A stretch of 64,000 nucleotides of DNA from an uncultured delta proteobacterium (GCA_963827685.1 CAWHBU010000006.1:160001-224000), one strand, 5' to 3'; positions 10,177 to 19,313 are shown, numbered from the stretch's first letter. Notes: generated by a model from the sequence alone, not told the origin. Made by a program: numbers and translations.

Positions 10177-11982
10177 ATGAGGAAAAAGAAAAACGAGATA
10201 ACCGAGGATTTTAAAAGAAAGCTGATGGGATTCTTGCCTGAGCTAAGTAGGAATAACCATTACATCATGTTCCTTCATGATTGTATCAGCCGCGAATTTG
10301 ATATCCAACTCGCCCAAATCCAAAGTCATAATGCCGTATCCGACGAAACCAAAGAGCCTGTTGATCTGGTTGGTCATCCTTTCCCATTGTCCAATGAAGA
10401 AATTCAATTCCTGCCAATGTTCATGGATACTCAAGACCCAGCATATAAAAAGGATATGGATGAGTTCATGAGCTGGGTTTCCAAAGGCAGAGACCCGGTG
10501 GCGTTTTTCAAGATGACCAAAGACTACTATGCCCAAAAAAAATCCTGGGTGGTTCAAAAAATTCTGTCTCTTTCAGAGGATTTCGTTAAGGAGTTAATTA
10601 AAATCAGTGAGGAGGAGAATATACCCTTACCCTCCCTTCATAACATGTATATCTTGATGACCGGGATCAACGATTTCTTCCAGTCCCAAGCGAATCACGC
10701 ATTACTGCCGGCTTTTCTTCATTACCCAGTTCCTGTTTCAGTTTCTCCAGACCAAAGGGATGACCGTATAATATCGGTATGGAAACGCCTTTATAACCTC
10801 CTGGTTGAGTGCTATTGGGCCGTGATCGTTGTGGGTATGGTGGATATGCTTAATATTGTTGGGAATTATCAAGAGGAAGGTCTTGAAGAGGCCCGGAACT
10901 ACCTAATGCACTCGGTCATCTATTCAGACTTGGAGAGCCAGGTTCTGCTGATCAAAAACACCGACGATTTGCGTGGCTATGTTCAGAAGGAGTTTTCGGT
11001 CTTTGAAAGCTTTTTCCCGGATTTCGGTGAATTTGTGAGACAGGCTGTAATACCGATCGTTGAGAAAAGAGAAAGGATTTTGAATTACCCGATAACTCCC
11101 CTAATTGACTCCGAAAGTAAAAAAGAATTTTATGACCCCAAAAAGGGAAAAGTTGTAAAATCCCAGACAACTCCTCTCACGGCCTACAAAAATAAACCCC
11201 AGAAAAACGAATCACTTTATAATCCCGAAGCCGAGATGATTGACCATTTAAGAAGACAGGAGCTTAGAAAATTATTTGTCGGGAAGATAAAATCAAAGAC
11301 CAAATCAGTGGACTCCGGTTCTGGTGAAGAAATTATCGAAGGTCAAAGAGATCAGGAAGAATCTTCAAAGAAGGTACCTGTCCTGATGGAATCTACGGTG
11401 ATAGAAGATTTTGAAAAAAAGGTGGGTGTTACTGGATTATTAAAAACCTACCGGCTGACGGGGAATCCAGACAAAATGATTCATTACCTCTTTAAGATTA
11501 TCTCTAATGTTTCCTGGACCATTACCGATAAAATTTACAGCAAAAAATTGAACGATCTTTATGGAGACGGAATGTCTTCTGTAACATTTAGGAGATGGCG
11601 GAGAAAAATAAGAAAAGGGGAAATTCAATTAACTAATCACCCAGATCGGCCAAGTGGCGTCCGGAGTTTTAATGACCTTTTTGAGGGCGAGGTCATAGAA
11701 ATCATGAGAGATATGAAAGACAGGCAGGAACACCACAAGGAAGGATACTTTACCCAAAATGAACTAATTAAGGCCATTCAGGGCGATACGTTCCGATTAG
11801 CTTTAAGAAGAAAGTACGGGATAAGCCTAAAAAAATACGGCAGAACCAAGCTGAGGAATATGCTTAATACATTGATTAATGAGAAAAAGATAACTTTTGA
11901 AAGAGAAAGGGGTGCAACCTATTTCAAAATCAGTGATGGTTTTAAAATCGTTCAAGAAATTGCCAAATTATCCTCCAAATAA
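10177..11982 (+). CDS. Hypothetical 601-aa protein with probable C-terminal HTH/winged-helix domains
   Basis: Long AT-rich ORF divergent from the integrase; GMSSVTFRRWRRK and FTQNELIKAI..GRTKLRNMLNTLINEKKITFER resemble DNA-binding helices. Confidence 0.7.
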   Translation: MRKKKNEITEDFKRKLMGFLPELSRNNHYIMFLHDCISREFDIQLAQIQSHNAVSDETKEPVDLVGHPFPLSNEEIQFLPMFMDTQDPAYKKDMDEFMSWVSKGRDPVAFFKMTKDYYAQKKSWVVQKILSLSEDFVKELIKISEEENIPLPSLHNMYILMTGINDFFQSQANHALLPAFLHYPVPVSVSPDQRDDRIISVWKRLYNLLVECYWAVIVVGMVDMLNIVGNYQEEGLEEARNYLMHSVIYSDLESQVLLIKNTDDLRGYVQKEFSVFESFFPDFGEFVRQAVIPIVEKRERILNYPITPLIDSESKKEFYDPKKGKVVKSQTTPLTAYKNKPQKNESLYNPEAEMIDHLRRQELRKLFVGKIKSKTKSVDSGSGEEIIEGQRDQEESSKKVPVLMESTVIEDFEKKVGVTGLLKTYRLTGNPDKMIHYLFKIISNVSWTITDKIYSKKLNDLYGDGMSSVTFRRWRRKIRKGEIQLTNHPDRPSGVRSFNDLFEGEVIEIMRDMKDRQEHHKEGYFTQNELIKAIQGDTFRLALRRKYGISLKKYGRTKLRNMLNTLINEKKITFERERGATYFKISDGFKIVQEIAKLSSK

Positions 11983-12043
11983 TCTCTGGTTACTCCTTAA
12001 TTCCAACCTCTCAATCTTTCCGTAAAAAGTAATCTCAAAATCA

Positions 12044-12075
12044 TCAAAAAAAGTGACCACCTTTGCCCAGTAATT
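12044..12075 (+). promoter_or_regulatory. Element-specific motif TCAAAAAAAGTGACC-N9-CAGTAATT, copy 1
   Basis: Direct repeat of 12195-12226 with identical spacing. Confidence 0.65.
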
Positions 12076-12194
12076 CTTGGTAGAACCCAGAAACGGTGGT
12101 CGCTATGGAAATTCAGAATCGTGATGAGATCACAGGCAGTGTTTTCTTGTTAATACCTCATTTGTGCTTCAGGACTTTTCCATCTGCCACCACC

Positions 12195-12226
12195 TCAAAA
12201 AAAGTGACCGGGTCTGATCAGTAATT
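12195..12226 (+). promoter_or_regulatory. Element-specific motif TCAAAAAAAGTGACC-N9-CAGTAATT, copy 2
   Basis: Direct repeat of 12044-12075; lies upstream of the 12381 gene cluster. Confidence 0.65.
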
Positions 12227-12380
12227 GTTTTTGAAAGAGCAATTTTTTTAGAAAGGTGGTGATGCCTATGAATGTGTAGATTTCTCTTCGAAGTTTTAAG
12301 GCGGAGGCCGGCCATCCAGGTTCCAGGATGGGCCATTTCTTTAAACCATTAACCAAAATTCACATCAAAGGAGAATTTCT

Positions 12381-13310
12381 ATGAGAAAGAAAGCCGTTTT
12401 AAAGGAAGAGGTAGGGTACTCCGAGGTTGATTTAGCCGAGGTGGTAGACATGGAGATATCGGACAGTGCCGAAGAACGCCAAGAACTTGGTGAACTTGGT
12501 GGAGTTGCTCTGACTCTTGACCCCGTCAAAGGAAAAATCGAAGAAGTCAGGGCAATGGTCACCGAGTATAACCGTTTATTCAACCGTACAGGCAAGGAAC
12601 TGGCTGAACGAGCCATAAAGATAGGATTAGTCCTGATTGAACTCAAATCCATGGTCAAGATGTCAGAAGAAAAGTGGGAAGTCTGGGCCAATGATAATTT
12701 GACTTTCATCGGTAAACGAAATCGCCAGAAGTACATGCTGCTGGCTAAACGTACGGATTGCTATCCCTATATCGACATGGGAGTTGACAGGCTTGAACAC
12801 CTGTGCTCCGTTACAAAGGATATGGATGGGGAGGATCCCATTGGTACCTTCCTGTCGAAATACGGGATCACTGTTGATGAAACCTCTGAATTTGACCTGG
12901 ATGAGTTCAAAGCGAAGGTTGATACTGCACTCAATAATGAGAAGCTCGAAAAACGCAACATTCCAGTGAACTTTGAGTTGGTTGATGCCGTCACCAGGCA
13001 AGGGGTGAGCCTTGATAAAGGGCTCCTCCAAGAGCTTTCCAACATTGCGCAGGCGGGGGGCGATCCTGAGGATCACCTTCGAAGCCTCTCAATGAAGGGG
13101 GGGAGAGATGAAAGTAGGATCATTGGCGAGGTGAAGTTGCAAGACTTCAATACCCTGGCCAATAGAATGATAAAAACCATTGATTACATCTTGAGATCTC
13201 CTGAGCAATTTTCCCGAATTGATACAAGTTCTTTCCTAAGATTAATCCAAAAGCTGATAGATCTTCAGACGGCAGCCAACATAGGCGTCGAACAGGCGAA
13301 GGCTGCTTAA
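12381..13310 (+). CDS. DUF3102-like phage/mobile-element protein
   Basis: AIKIGLVLIELK...WEVWANDNLTFIGKRNRQKYMLLA resembles the DUF3102 pattern (IGxxLxExK...WxxxxF..RxAQxYM); AAGGAG RBS. Confidence 0.6.
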   Translation: MRKKAVLKEEVGYSEVDLAEVVDMEISDSAEERQELGELGGVALTLDPVKGKIEEVRAMVTEYNRLFNRTGKELAERAIKIGLVLIELKSMVKMSEEKWEVWANDNLTFIGKRNRQKYMLLAKRTDCYPYIDMGVDRLEHLCSVTKDMDGEDPIGTFLSKYGITVDETSEFDLDEFKAKVDTALNNEKLEKRNIPVNFELVDAVTRQGVSLDKGLLQELSNIAQAGGDPEDHLRSLSMKGGRDESRIIGEVKLQDFNTLANRMIKTIDYILRSPEQFSRIDTSSFLRLIQKLIDLQTAANIGVEQAKAA

Positions 13311-13382
13311 CCTCTAACCGGCCCCTGTCCCCAATCAGCGTGATGGGGGCCTTATTTATCTTCGCATTAGGAGAAGAAGGTA

Positions 13383-14264
13383 ATGGTCCTTTTTCAGGCA
13401 TCCTTAACCTTGCCAGTTCTGAAACGGTACTATGAATTGTTCGGGGAGCCTCTGAACGTCCTCCTATCCGTTGCCCTGGTCGGATCCGAGACCAAAGGCT
13501 TCCTGCTTGACCACCGGCATATGGTCAATAATATTGTGGCCGACTCCGGCGCCTGGTCGGTGGCCAAAGGGAATTCCAAGCTGACCATCGGGCAGTTGAT
13601 CTCCTACCTTAAGCAATGGGGGCATAAATTCGATTTCTATTTCAACTTCGACACGGACTTCACAGATCACGGGTTCTCCCAAAATTACAGCAACCAAGTA
13701 AAGATGGAGCGGGCAAGGCTTACCCCCGTGCCTGTCATCCACAATTTTTTCAACGACGAGATCGACATTTATGTAGAATCCGGGAAGTATCCATGGCTGG
13801 CATTAGGATCAAGCCAAAGCACCAATCTGGGTGACTTTAGGTACGCTATAGACCGCATCAAATGGAAGGATCCCAGTATTAAGGTCCACTGGTTCGGCGG
13901 GAGCAAGTTTGAATGGCTGGTCAACACTCCTGTGGCATCCTGTGACACGACCTCTTGGGCCAAGACGGGGGCTTTCGGATTGATCAATTTCTGGAATGAT
14001 GAGAAACCAGGATTGAACAAAATGGATCGGATCTATATTGGCGGCACCATGAAACATGATGACAAGCGAATCTACCATTTTGTGACATATCCATATAGAA
14101 AGGCCTTAGAAGCGCATCTGGCCAATACCTTTCGGCTGGAATATGGAGACCTGTGCGGCTACAACGATAAATTTCACATGCAGGTCGTCAATACCCGATT
14201 CTATACCGAGCTAGAAAGGCGAGTCAATGAAGAACGCTTCAGGAGAGGCATCCCTTTGGAATGA
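13383..14264 (+). CDS. TGT-fold, phage DpdA-like guanine transglycosylase (no Zn finger)
   Basis: VADSGAWS, YFNFD, PVPVIH, WLALG, VHWFG, SCDTTSW occur in the order and spacing of phage DpdA/TGT-like proteins. Confidence 0.72.
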   Translation: MVLFQASLTLPVLKRYYELFGEPLNVLLSVALVGSETKGFLLDHRHMVNNIVADSGAWSVAKGNSKLTIGQLISYLKQWGHKFDFYFNFDTDFTDHGFSQNYSNQVKMERARLTPVPVIHNFFNDEIDIYVESGKYPWLALGSSQSTNLGDFRYAIDRIKWKDPSIKVHWFGGSKFEWLVNTPVASCDTTSWAKTGAFGLINFWNDEKPGLNKMDRIYIGGTMKHDDKRIYHFVTYPYRKALEAHLANTFRLEYGDLCGYNDKFHMQVVNTRFYTELERRVNEERFRRGIPLE

Positions 14265-14551
14265 AAAGCGCAGGGGCCTGCGTATTTTGGTAACACCCTC
14301 AAAGATAGAGGAACAATCTCCGGCTGAAGTTGACCCCACTTATGAGAGAACAACGTACGGGGTCTATGAAATCAAAACCCTGAATCTAAACTACCCATGC
14401 CAAAAAGGAAATGAGGTAGAGGAAGGAGGCGATATTATGCGCAGTGGCGAAGGTTAAACCACGTATCCTATATGCGGCGATTGTATGCTTAATAGCCGCT
14501 ATATCAGACCGCTGAGCTATCGGCATTACGGGCAGAAAGGAAAAACACAAC

Positions 14552-15343
14552 ATGGAAGTAACTATTCATCCGAAAGATTTTTCTAACCTTTTAAGATGTT
14601 TATCTTTGCTAAACAACAATAGCAATGATGTAGAAATCCGAGGAGGCATTCTACGTCAACGGTCAAACAACAATGCCTGTATCTTTGAAATGGATCTTAC
14701 TCCTCTGGTTTCAGATTGCGATCTTGTCTTGTCCAATATCAAGAGCAAGTTATCCTTACTCAAGGCCCTATCTAAACAAGAGGTTAAGGTAACCGCTATC
14801 GATAATGACATTTTCTTCTCAGGGGAACGCTCAACTTTTAAGTTTGAAATGCCCCGCATAGATTTCATGGACAACAAGTTCATATCGGGGGAAGAATTTG
14901 CCCGTATCTTCACCTTGAGAGAAGAAGATGTGGTTCTTGAGTATGCCCTCGGTAAAGACATTTTCAGCTTAATGAAAGTAACATCTGGTCAATTTAAAAT
15001 CGCTTCTTTTCAAATATCCTTTGAGGGAAGTACTGCTGCAATTATAGCAACCAATACAAACAAATCGCATTACTGTAAGATAGAGCAGGGAATTCCAATT
15101 AAGAAACCCTTCAAGGGCTTTTCGAACCTAGTGGTAACGCCTTTTCTTATCGACCACGACGGAGATATCCTTCTTAAGATGTATAACTTCCAGGAAACTG
15201 TGTGTGTCAATAAGTTCAAAACCTTAGTTGGGAAAATTACGGTCGTTGTCTGTGGAAGAAGCCAGTTAATAGAAGAATCCGAACCGGATACTTCTGAATC
15301 TAACAGGGAGAACTCAACACATGGGGTGGATCCATCGGATTAG
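14552..15343 (+). CDS. DNA sliding clamp, T4 gp45/PCNA-like
   Basis: 263 aa; by-eye colinearity with T4 gp45: DNDIFFSGERSTFKF vs DGNIKIADARSTIFW, and LMKVTSGQFKIASFQISFEG vs LLRVSRGLQIDTIAITVKEG; acidic tail. Confidence 0.62.
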   Translation: MEVTIHPKDFSNLLRCLSLLNNNSNDVEIRGGILRQRSNNNACIFEMDLTPLVSDCDLVLSNIKSKLSLLKALSKQEVKVTAIDNDIFFSGERSTFKFEMPRIDFMDNKFISGEEFARIFTLREEDVVLEYALGKDIFSLMKVTSGQFKIASFQISFEGSTAAIIATNTNKSHYCKIEQGIPIKKPFKGFSNLVVTPFLIDHDGDILLKMYNFQETVCVNKFKTLVGKITVVVCGRSQLIEESEPDTSESNRENSTHGVDPSD

Positions 15344-15402
15344 TGTTATTAGTCTTCTTCCGATTTAGAACTTAACCTGTACTGTCCTGGACCAATTATA
15401 TG

Positions 15403-15443
15403 AGGGCCAATCTCAATCGTAAACGGGGTTGGCCCTTTCCTTT
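15403..15443 (+). terminator. Hairpin/terminator after the clamp gene
   Basis: AGGGCCAATCTC-loop-GGGGTTGGCCCT followed by TTCCTTTT. Confidence 0.5.
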
Positions 15444-15524
15444 TGGGACACAAACTGGGTTCTGTTCGGTCTTCCTAACCAGAACAAATAATAAATTAAT
15501 AATTTAGATCTAGGAGGTTGTGCA

Positions 15525-15746
15525 ATGAAGAGAAAGAAGTTGACACACGGGATTACTTTCTTTGTTACTGCAGAGACGTACGAAGCGGTCAGGAAAGATG
15601 TGGACGAATGCCAGATTTCAATCTCGGAATTAATGCGTGGATTGATTGAGGATTACCTGTATGGGACTGATTTTTACAGCAAACCGAGTTTGGGTGAAAT
15701 GGAGATTGAAGGAACAAGTATTAAGGAGGCCGAACCTGATGAGTAA
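15525..15746 (+). CDS. Ribbon-helix-helix (CopG-like) protein
   Basis: ITFFVTAETYEAVRK..QISISELMRGLIEDYL beta-alpha-alpha pattern; AGGAGG RBS; upstream of rep. Confidence 0.7.
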   Translation: MKRKKLTHGITFFVTAETYEAVRKDVDECQISISELMRGLIEDYLYGTDFYSKPSLGEMEIEGTSIKEAEPDE

Positions 15747-15784
15747 TGTTGAGATCTTTTTGACTATGAACGGGGGATAGATAG

Positions 15785-16015
15785 ATGACAATAGGACACC
15801 GATTAGGAAGACCAAAACAAAGAAGGTGGAAAGCGAGTCGAATCCGAAGAGAGATAATCGCTAGCATTGAGATGGGGAAAGTTCCAAGCTGGATGAAGGA
15901 TATCCCGTGGTCGAGGATAAGGATGAAAAAACCAAAATTTCAAAAGGCCAGAATTATGCAATGGCCGGAGATGAAATCAAAATATAAGAGCGGGGAGGAT
16001 AGACAAACATGTTGA
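15785..16015 (+). CDS. Small basic hypothetical protein
   Basis: 76-aa ORF with purine-rich RBS, overlapping the start of the Rep-like gene. Confidence 0.4.
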   Translation: MTIGHRLGRPKQRRWKASRIRREIIASIEMGKVPSWMKDIPWSRIRMKKPKFQKARIMQWPEMKSKYKSGEDRQTC

Positions 16016-17274
16016 ATGAGGATCAAAGAGAGTACCTTGATCAGGTGTATACCAGGCTGATACGGACAAATGATCAATATCTACAATCGAGAAATGTTGA
16101 AACTTTTGAAGCTTTAAAACGAGAGTTGGTGAACGCAAACGAAATTTTCGAATCTTTGATTGAACAGGGGCAAGGTGAGGAATGGTTTGAAAAGGGATTG
16201 CAGGTCATAAAGAATACCCTAAAGAATGTAGAGAGCTTCGAGGGAGAGGTTAGAGACTCACATGCAACACCGCAAGAAGTTTTTGCTTATTCTGAACGCG
16301 GGATGAATAAAACAATTATGCCCATCTCAAAAGCTATTAGAGAAATCAAATTCCCCGTTGAATTAGAGATCAATGGCGAGAAGTATTCAACCACCAACTG
16401 TTGGGAAGCTCGCAACTTCATGGCCATGGATGCCCTCTCTTATCTTATTCTCAAGAAATTAGGCTTTCCACGGAAGGCTCAGACCATATTCGACAGCGTA
16501 GAGGATATTGAGAAAAGAGCCGAGCTACTGAAATCAGAAGATATTGTGACAGAACATCAGCTTGAGGAAGATCTGATGTCATTGTTTAAAAATGTGAAAT
16601 ATTGGGTGAAATTTGATGCAGAATTTTTCCGCGAATTCACAGGGAAGCAATTAGAAACGCAACAGATTACGGATCTCCTTACTGAAACCGCCTGCAAATT
16701 TACCCTTTCTTACCCGGTTCTTTTGAGGGACGAAAATAAAATGATAAAGGAGCAGAAGTATAGGGTCTCAGTCCATACGAGCTTCTTCACCTTAGCCTAT
16801 ATAGATTCCCTGGACAAAAACGACAAGACCAAAAAGAGGACCTTCTACGCTTTCTTTAATACGGGCTTAGGTGAATGTTTCGTCAATAACCTCCTCGCCA
16901 AGGGTTATGACATGCTCGACACAAAGAACTTCTATAGTCTTCCTTCTCTGGCACAGATGTTCTTTAGGAAGTTTATCGTACATCATAGTCACTTCGGTCC
17001 GATACATAAATCCCTTGAAGAGATCCGAAAGAGGTTGAATTTGACGATTAAAGGCGATAGTGATTTAATCGCGTATCTCAGAAATAGAGTTTTTGAGCCA
17101 TTGAAAAAGAATGGAGACATATCTGATTATCAAGTAAAGAAGGAACTGAATGACTACTGGATCTATTTTCGACGATCGGACCGAAAGTACCAGATTCATC
17201 AGGAAAATTTGAAGTCATTGGAAGAGAAGAAAACGGGATCGAAAGACTCGAAATTGAAGTCTAGGCAAAGGTGA
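16009..17274 (+). CDS. Putative replication initiator (winged-helix Rep/TrfA-like)
   Basis: C-terminal FYSLPSLAQMFFRKF..KSLEEIRKRLNL..FEPLKKNGDISDY resembles Rep WH2; preceded by an RHH gene and followed by iterons. Confidence 0.6.
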   Translation: MLNEDQREYLDQVYTRLIRTNDQYLQSRNVETFEALKRELVNANEIFESLIEQGQGEEWFEKGLQVIKNTLKNVESFEGEVRDSHATPQEVFAYSERGMNKTIMPISKAIREIKFPVELEINGEKYSTTNCWEARNFMAMDALSYLILKKLGFPRKAQTIFDSVEDIEKRAELLKSEDIVTEHQLEEDLMSLFKNVKYWVKFDAEFFREFTGKQLETQQITDLLTETACKFTLSYPVLLRDENKMIKEQKYRVSVHTSFFTLAYIDSLDKNDKTKKRTFYAFFNTGLGECFVNNLLAKGYDMLDTKNFYSLPSLAQMFFRKFIVHHSHFGPIHKSLEEIRKRLNLTIKGDSDLIAYLRNRVFEPLKKNGDISDYQVKKELNDYWIYFRRSDRKYQIHQENLKSLEEKKTGSKDSKLKSRQR

Positions 17275-17351
17275 CAAAATGGTTAAGGCAGATGGCATGA
17301 AGAAATGCCCGGAGGTGACAGATGAACATTGAGGGAAAAAAGTCGCCAGCG

Positions 17352-17439
17352 GTAACCATTCGGAAGATCCACCTTAAGGATTCGGTGAATCCCAGGTAAG
17401 GATTCGGAGAATCGCAGGTAAGGATTCTTTGAAATGGAC
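17352..17439 (+). repeat. Four 22-bp tandem iteron-like repeats (putative oriV)
   Basis: gtaaccattcggaagatccacc / ttaaggattcggtgaatcccag / gtaaggattcggagaatcgcag / gtaaggattctttgaaatggac. Confidence 0.8.
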
Positions 17440-17474
17440 AATAAGTGGTTGAAATAATTCATCTCTGAAATTCC

Positions 17475-17505
17475 TAAACATATTAAACATTTTAAACATT
17501 TTAAA
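17475..17505 (+). repeat. AT-rich 9-mer repeats (DNA-unwinding-element-like)
   Basis: taaacatat taaacattt taaacattt taaa, 35 bp after the iterons. Confidence 0.65.
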
Positions 17506-18260
17506 GGAAAATCCCTCTCTTTGGATCAGAGAGGTCTTTTCCCACTAAAAACCTTAAGAACAAGAGCAGTAGAAGTAAAAGTCGAAATTCCACTACTATG
17601 GAAAAGAAGGAGTGGGTTTCAATGCTGCTAGAATTTTCCTCGATTAGTAAATTCTTCTGGTAGAGGCATTATTCCCGGAACAAGAAGAAATGTTTTTGTT
17701 GGAAATTCAATGGGGTTTAGTAATTTTCTTCTTCAAAGGAAATTCAACCAGAGTAAAAAGTTTTTCTATTAATTCCTCTCTACCTACTTCTGGAATTACT
17801 TTCAAATAGGATGATATTTCCCCTCTTCCATTAAATTCAACCAGCGCCGGTATCTCTTCATGACATGTACATTGAATTGTAAAGCTAGCTATTCAGTTAG
17901 TAATCCCAGGGTCGCTGTGCCAGAGCTGCTGAACGGGTGTGATTCCGCAAAGAGGCAGGTCAGAGTCCCGAGTCTTCGGTTTGCTTTCTTCAAATAATTC
18001 TGACTTGTGGGTTTCAATGGTCGAAAAGTTTCTGAGACTTTTTTAACTGAACAAATGGAGGTTTTGAGTAAGATGCCATGAATTTCTTTCGGGTCGATCA
18101 TCGTCCCGTGCTAGCGTCGATTACCCTTCATTCTAGTCCTTCTTTAGAGATTTTTGTCTAAGAGATCTTTCAATAACCCTGGAACAAATACTCAAAGAAA
18201 ATAGAAACATTGAATTCAGGTTTCCTAAAGTCATGTCACTTTCAGAGGGGAGAAATTAGT

Positions 18261-19313
18261 ATGGGTGAACTTCATTATTTCTGCGCAACTGCTAAAAAAA
18301 ATAACCTACCTCAGAATTCAGCTCATAATATTTTAATTAACGTACCGCACGATGCCAGGAATGATTCTCAAATCAATAAGTCCGGGGAGTTGTTTAAGCA
18401 CCTTGGCAAGAGATTTTTGATTCAAGATTCAGGTGGTTTTACCGTTTTGCAGGAGGCGAACAAAGGGAAGCGAGTCACCTCCAATCCTAATCTTCCTCTT
18501 AAAATATCAAAAGATGTCATTAATATAGCACCGGAGCATATCATCGAGGCAGCGGTGAAGCTAAAACCTGATATCATGGTTGCTTTGGATTACCCGATCG
18601 CGAAGATAAAAGACCGGGAGGAGCAGCGACGGGAATTTGCTAAAAAGCTTCCATACAACGTCAAATGGAGTATTGAAACTTCAAAACTCAGGGATAAACT
18701 CTGTCCCCGGATTCCACTAATTATTCCGGTGCAAACTTATACGGTAACGGATTTTTACCAGTTTATAAAAAGAATCCATGGAATAGATTTTGAGGGATTC
18801 AGCCTCCCCATAAGGAACCTCGGTCTTTTTGAGATCGCCAAATTTCTTTTGGCATTCCGCAAGACAGGTATAACAAGGGTCCATCTTTTGGGGACATCCT
18901 ATTATCCTATTCTATGTCTCGCAGCATATTTTTCGAATAATTATTTTCAGTGGGTCTCATTTGACTCAAGCACCTGGGCAATAACAGCCAAAAACAACAT
19001 TTATTTAAATCCATTAGATTTGACGCGTATAAAGATCCTCGATGATATCCCCAAGCACAAAGAGAAACTCAGAAGGTCTTGTAGCTGTCCACTCTGTGGG
19101 AAGATACCTCTTGCCCAGTATAAGCACATCCCTTATAAGGGAAGGTCCTATTTCTTGGGGGTACATAATTTCTATGCCACCGAGAAGGTGACTCGGTCTC
19201 TACATGAGCACGTAACCAATTTGGTGGAGTTAGAAGCTTTTTCGAAATCCAATTCCCGTAGGAAAGGCCAAGTTGAAGAGCTTATGAACTTCTTACGGAC
19301 TGCTGATCTTTAA
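18261..19313 (+). CDS. tRNA-guanine transglycosylase-fold protein with Zn site (TGT/arcTGT/DpdA superfamily)
   Basis: IQDSGGF, VALDYP, PVQ, VHLLG, SFDSSTW, CSCPLC...HN; all three TGT active-site Asp positions present. Likely start MGELHYF at 18261. Confidence 0.82.
   Translation: MGELHYFCATAKKNNLPQNSAHNILINVPHDARNDSQINKSGELFKHLGKRFLIQDSGGFTVLQEANKGKRVTSNPNLPLKISKDVINIAPEHIIEAAVKLKPDIMVALDYPIAKIKDREEQRREFAKKLPYNVKWSIETSKLRDKLCPRIPLIIPVQTYTVTDFYQFIKRIHGIDFEGFSLPIRNLGLFEIAKFLLAFRKTGITRVHLLGTSYYPILCLAAYFSNNYFQWVSFDSSTWAITAKNNIYLNPLDLTRIKILDDIPKHKEKLRRSCSCPLCGKIPLAQYKHIPYKGRSYFLGVHNFYATEKVTRSLHEHVTNLVELEAFSKSNSRRKGQVEELMNFLRTADL

Noticed and set aside
14270-14545. preQ1 riboswitch next to the TGT-like gene
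   Set aside because: ACACCCTC is present, but the P1 stem, loop consensus and A-rich 3' tail of preQ1-I are not.
17352-17439. Possible CRISPR or other guide-RNA array
   Set aside because: The repeats are contiguous 22-mers with no unique spacers and no cas genes; position after rep fits iterons.
17520-18200. AT-rich non-coding stretch with scattered AAATTCAA(CCAG) and TTAGTAA words
   Set aside because: No regular period or clear ORF; cannot be told apart from low-complexity origin-flanking sequence by eye.
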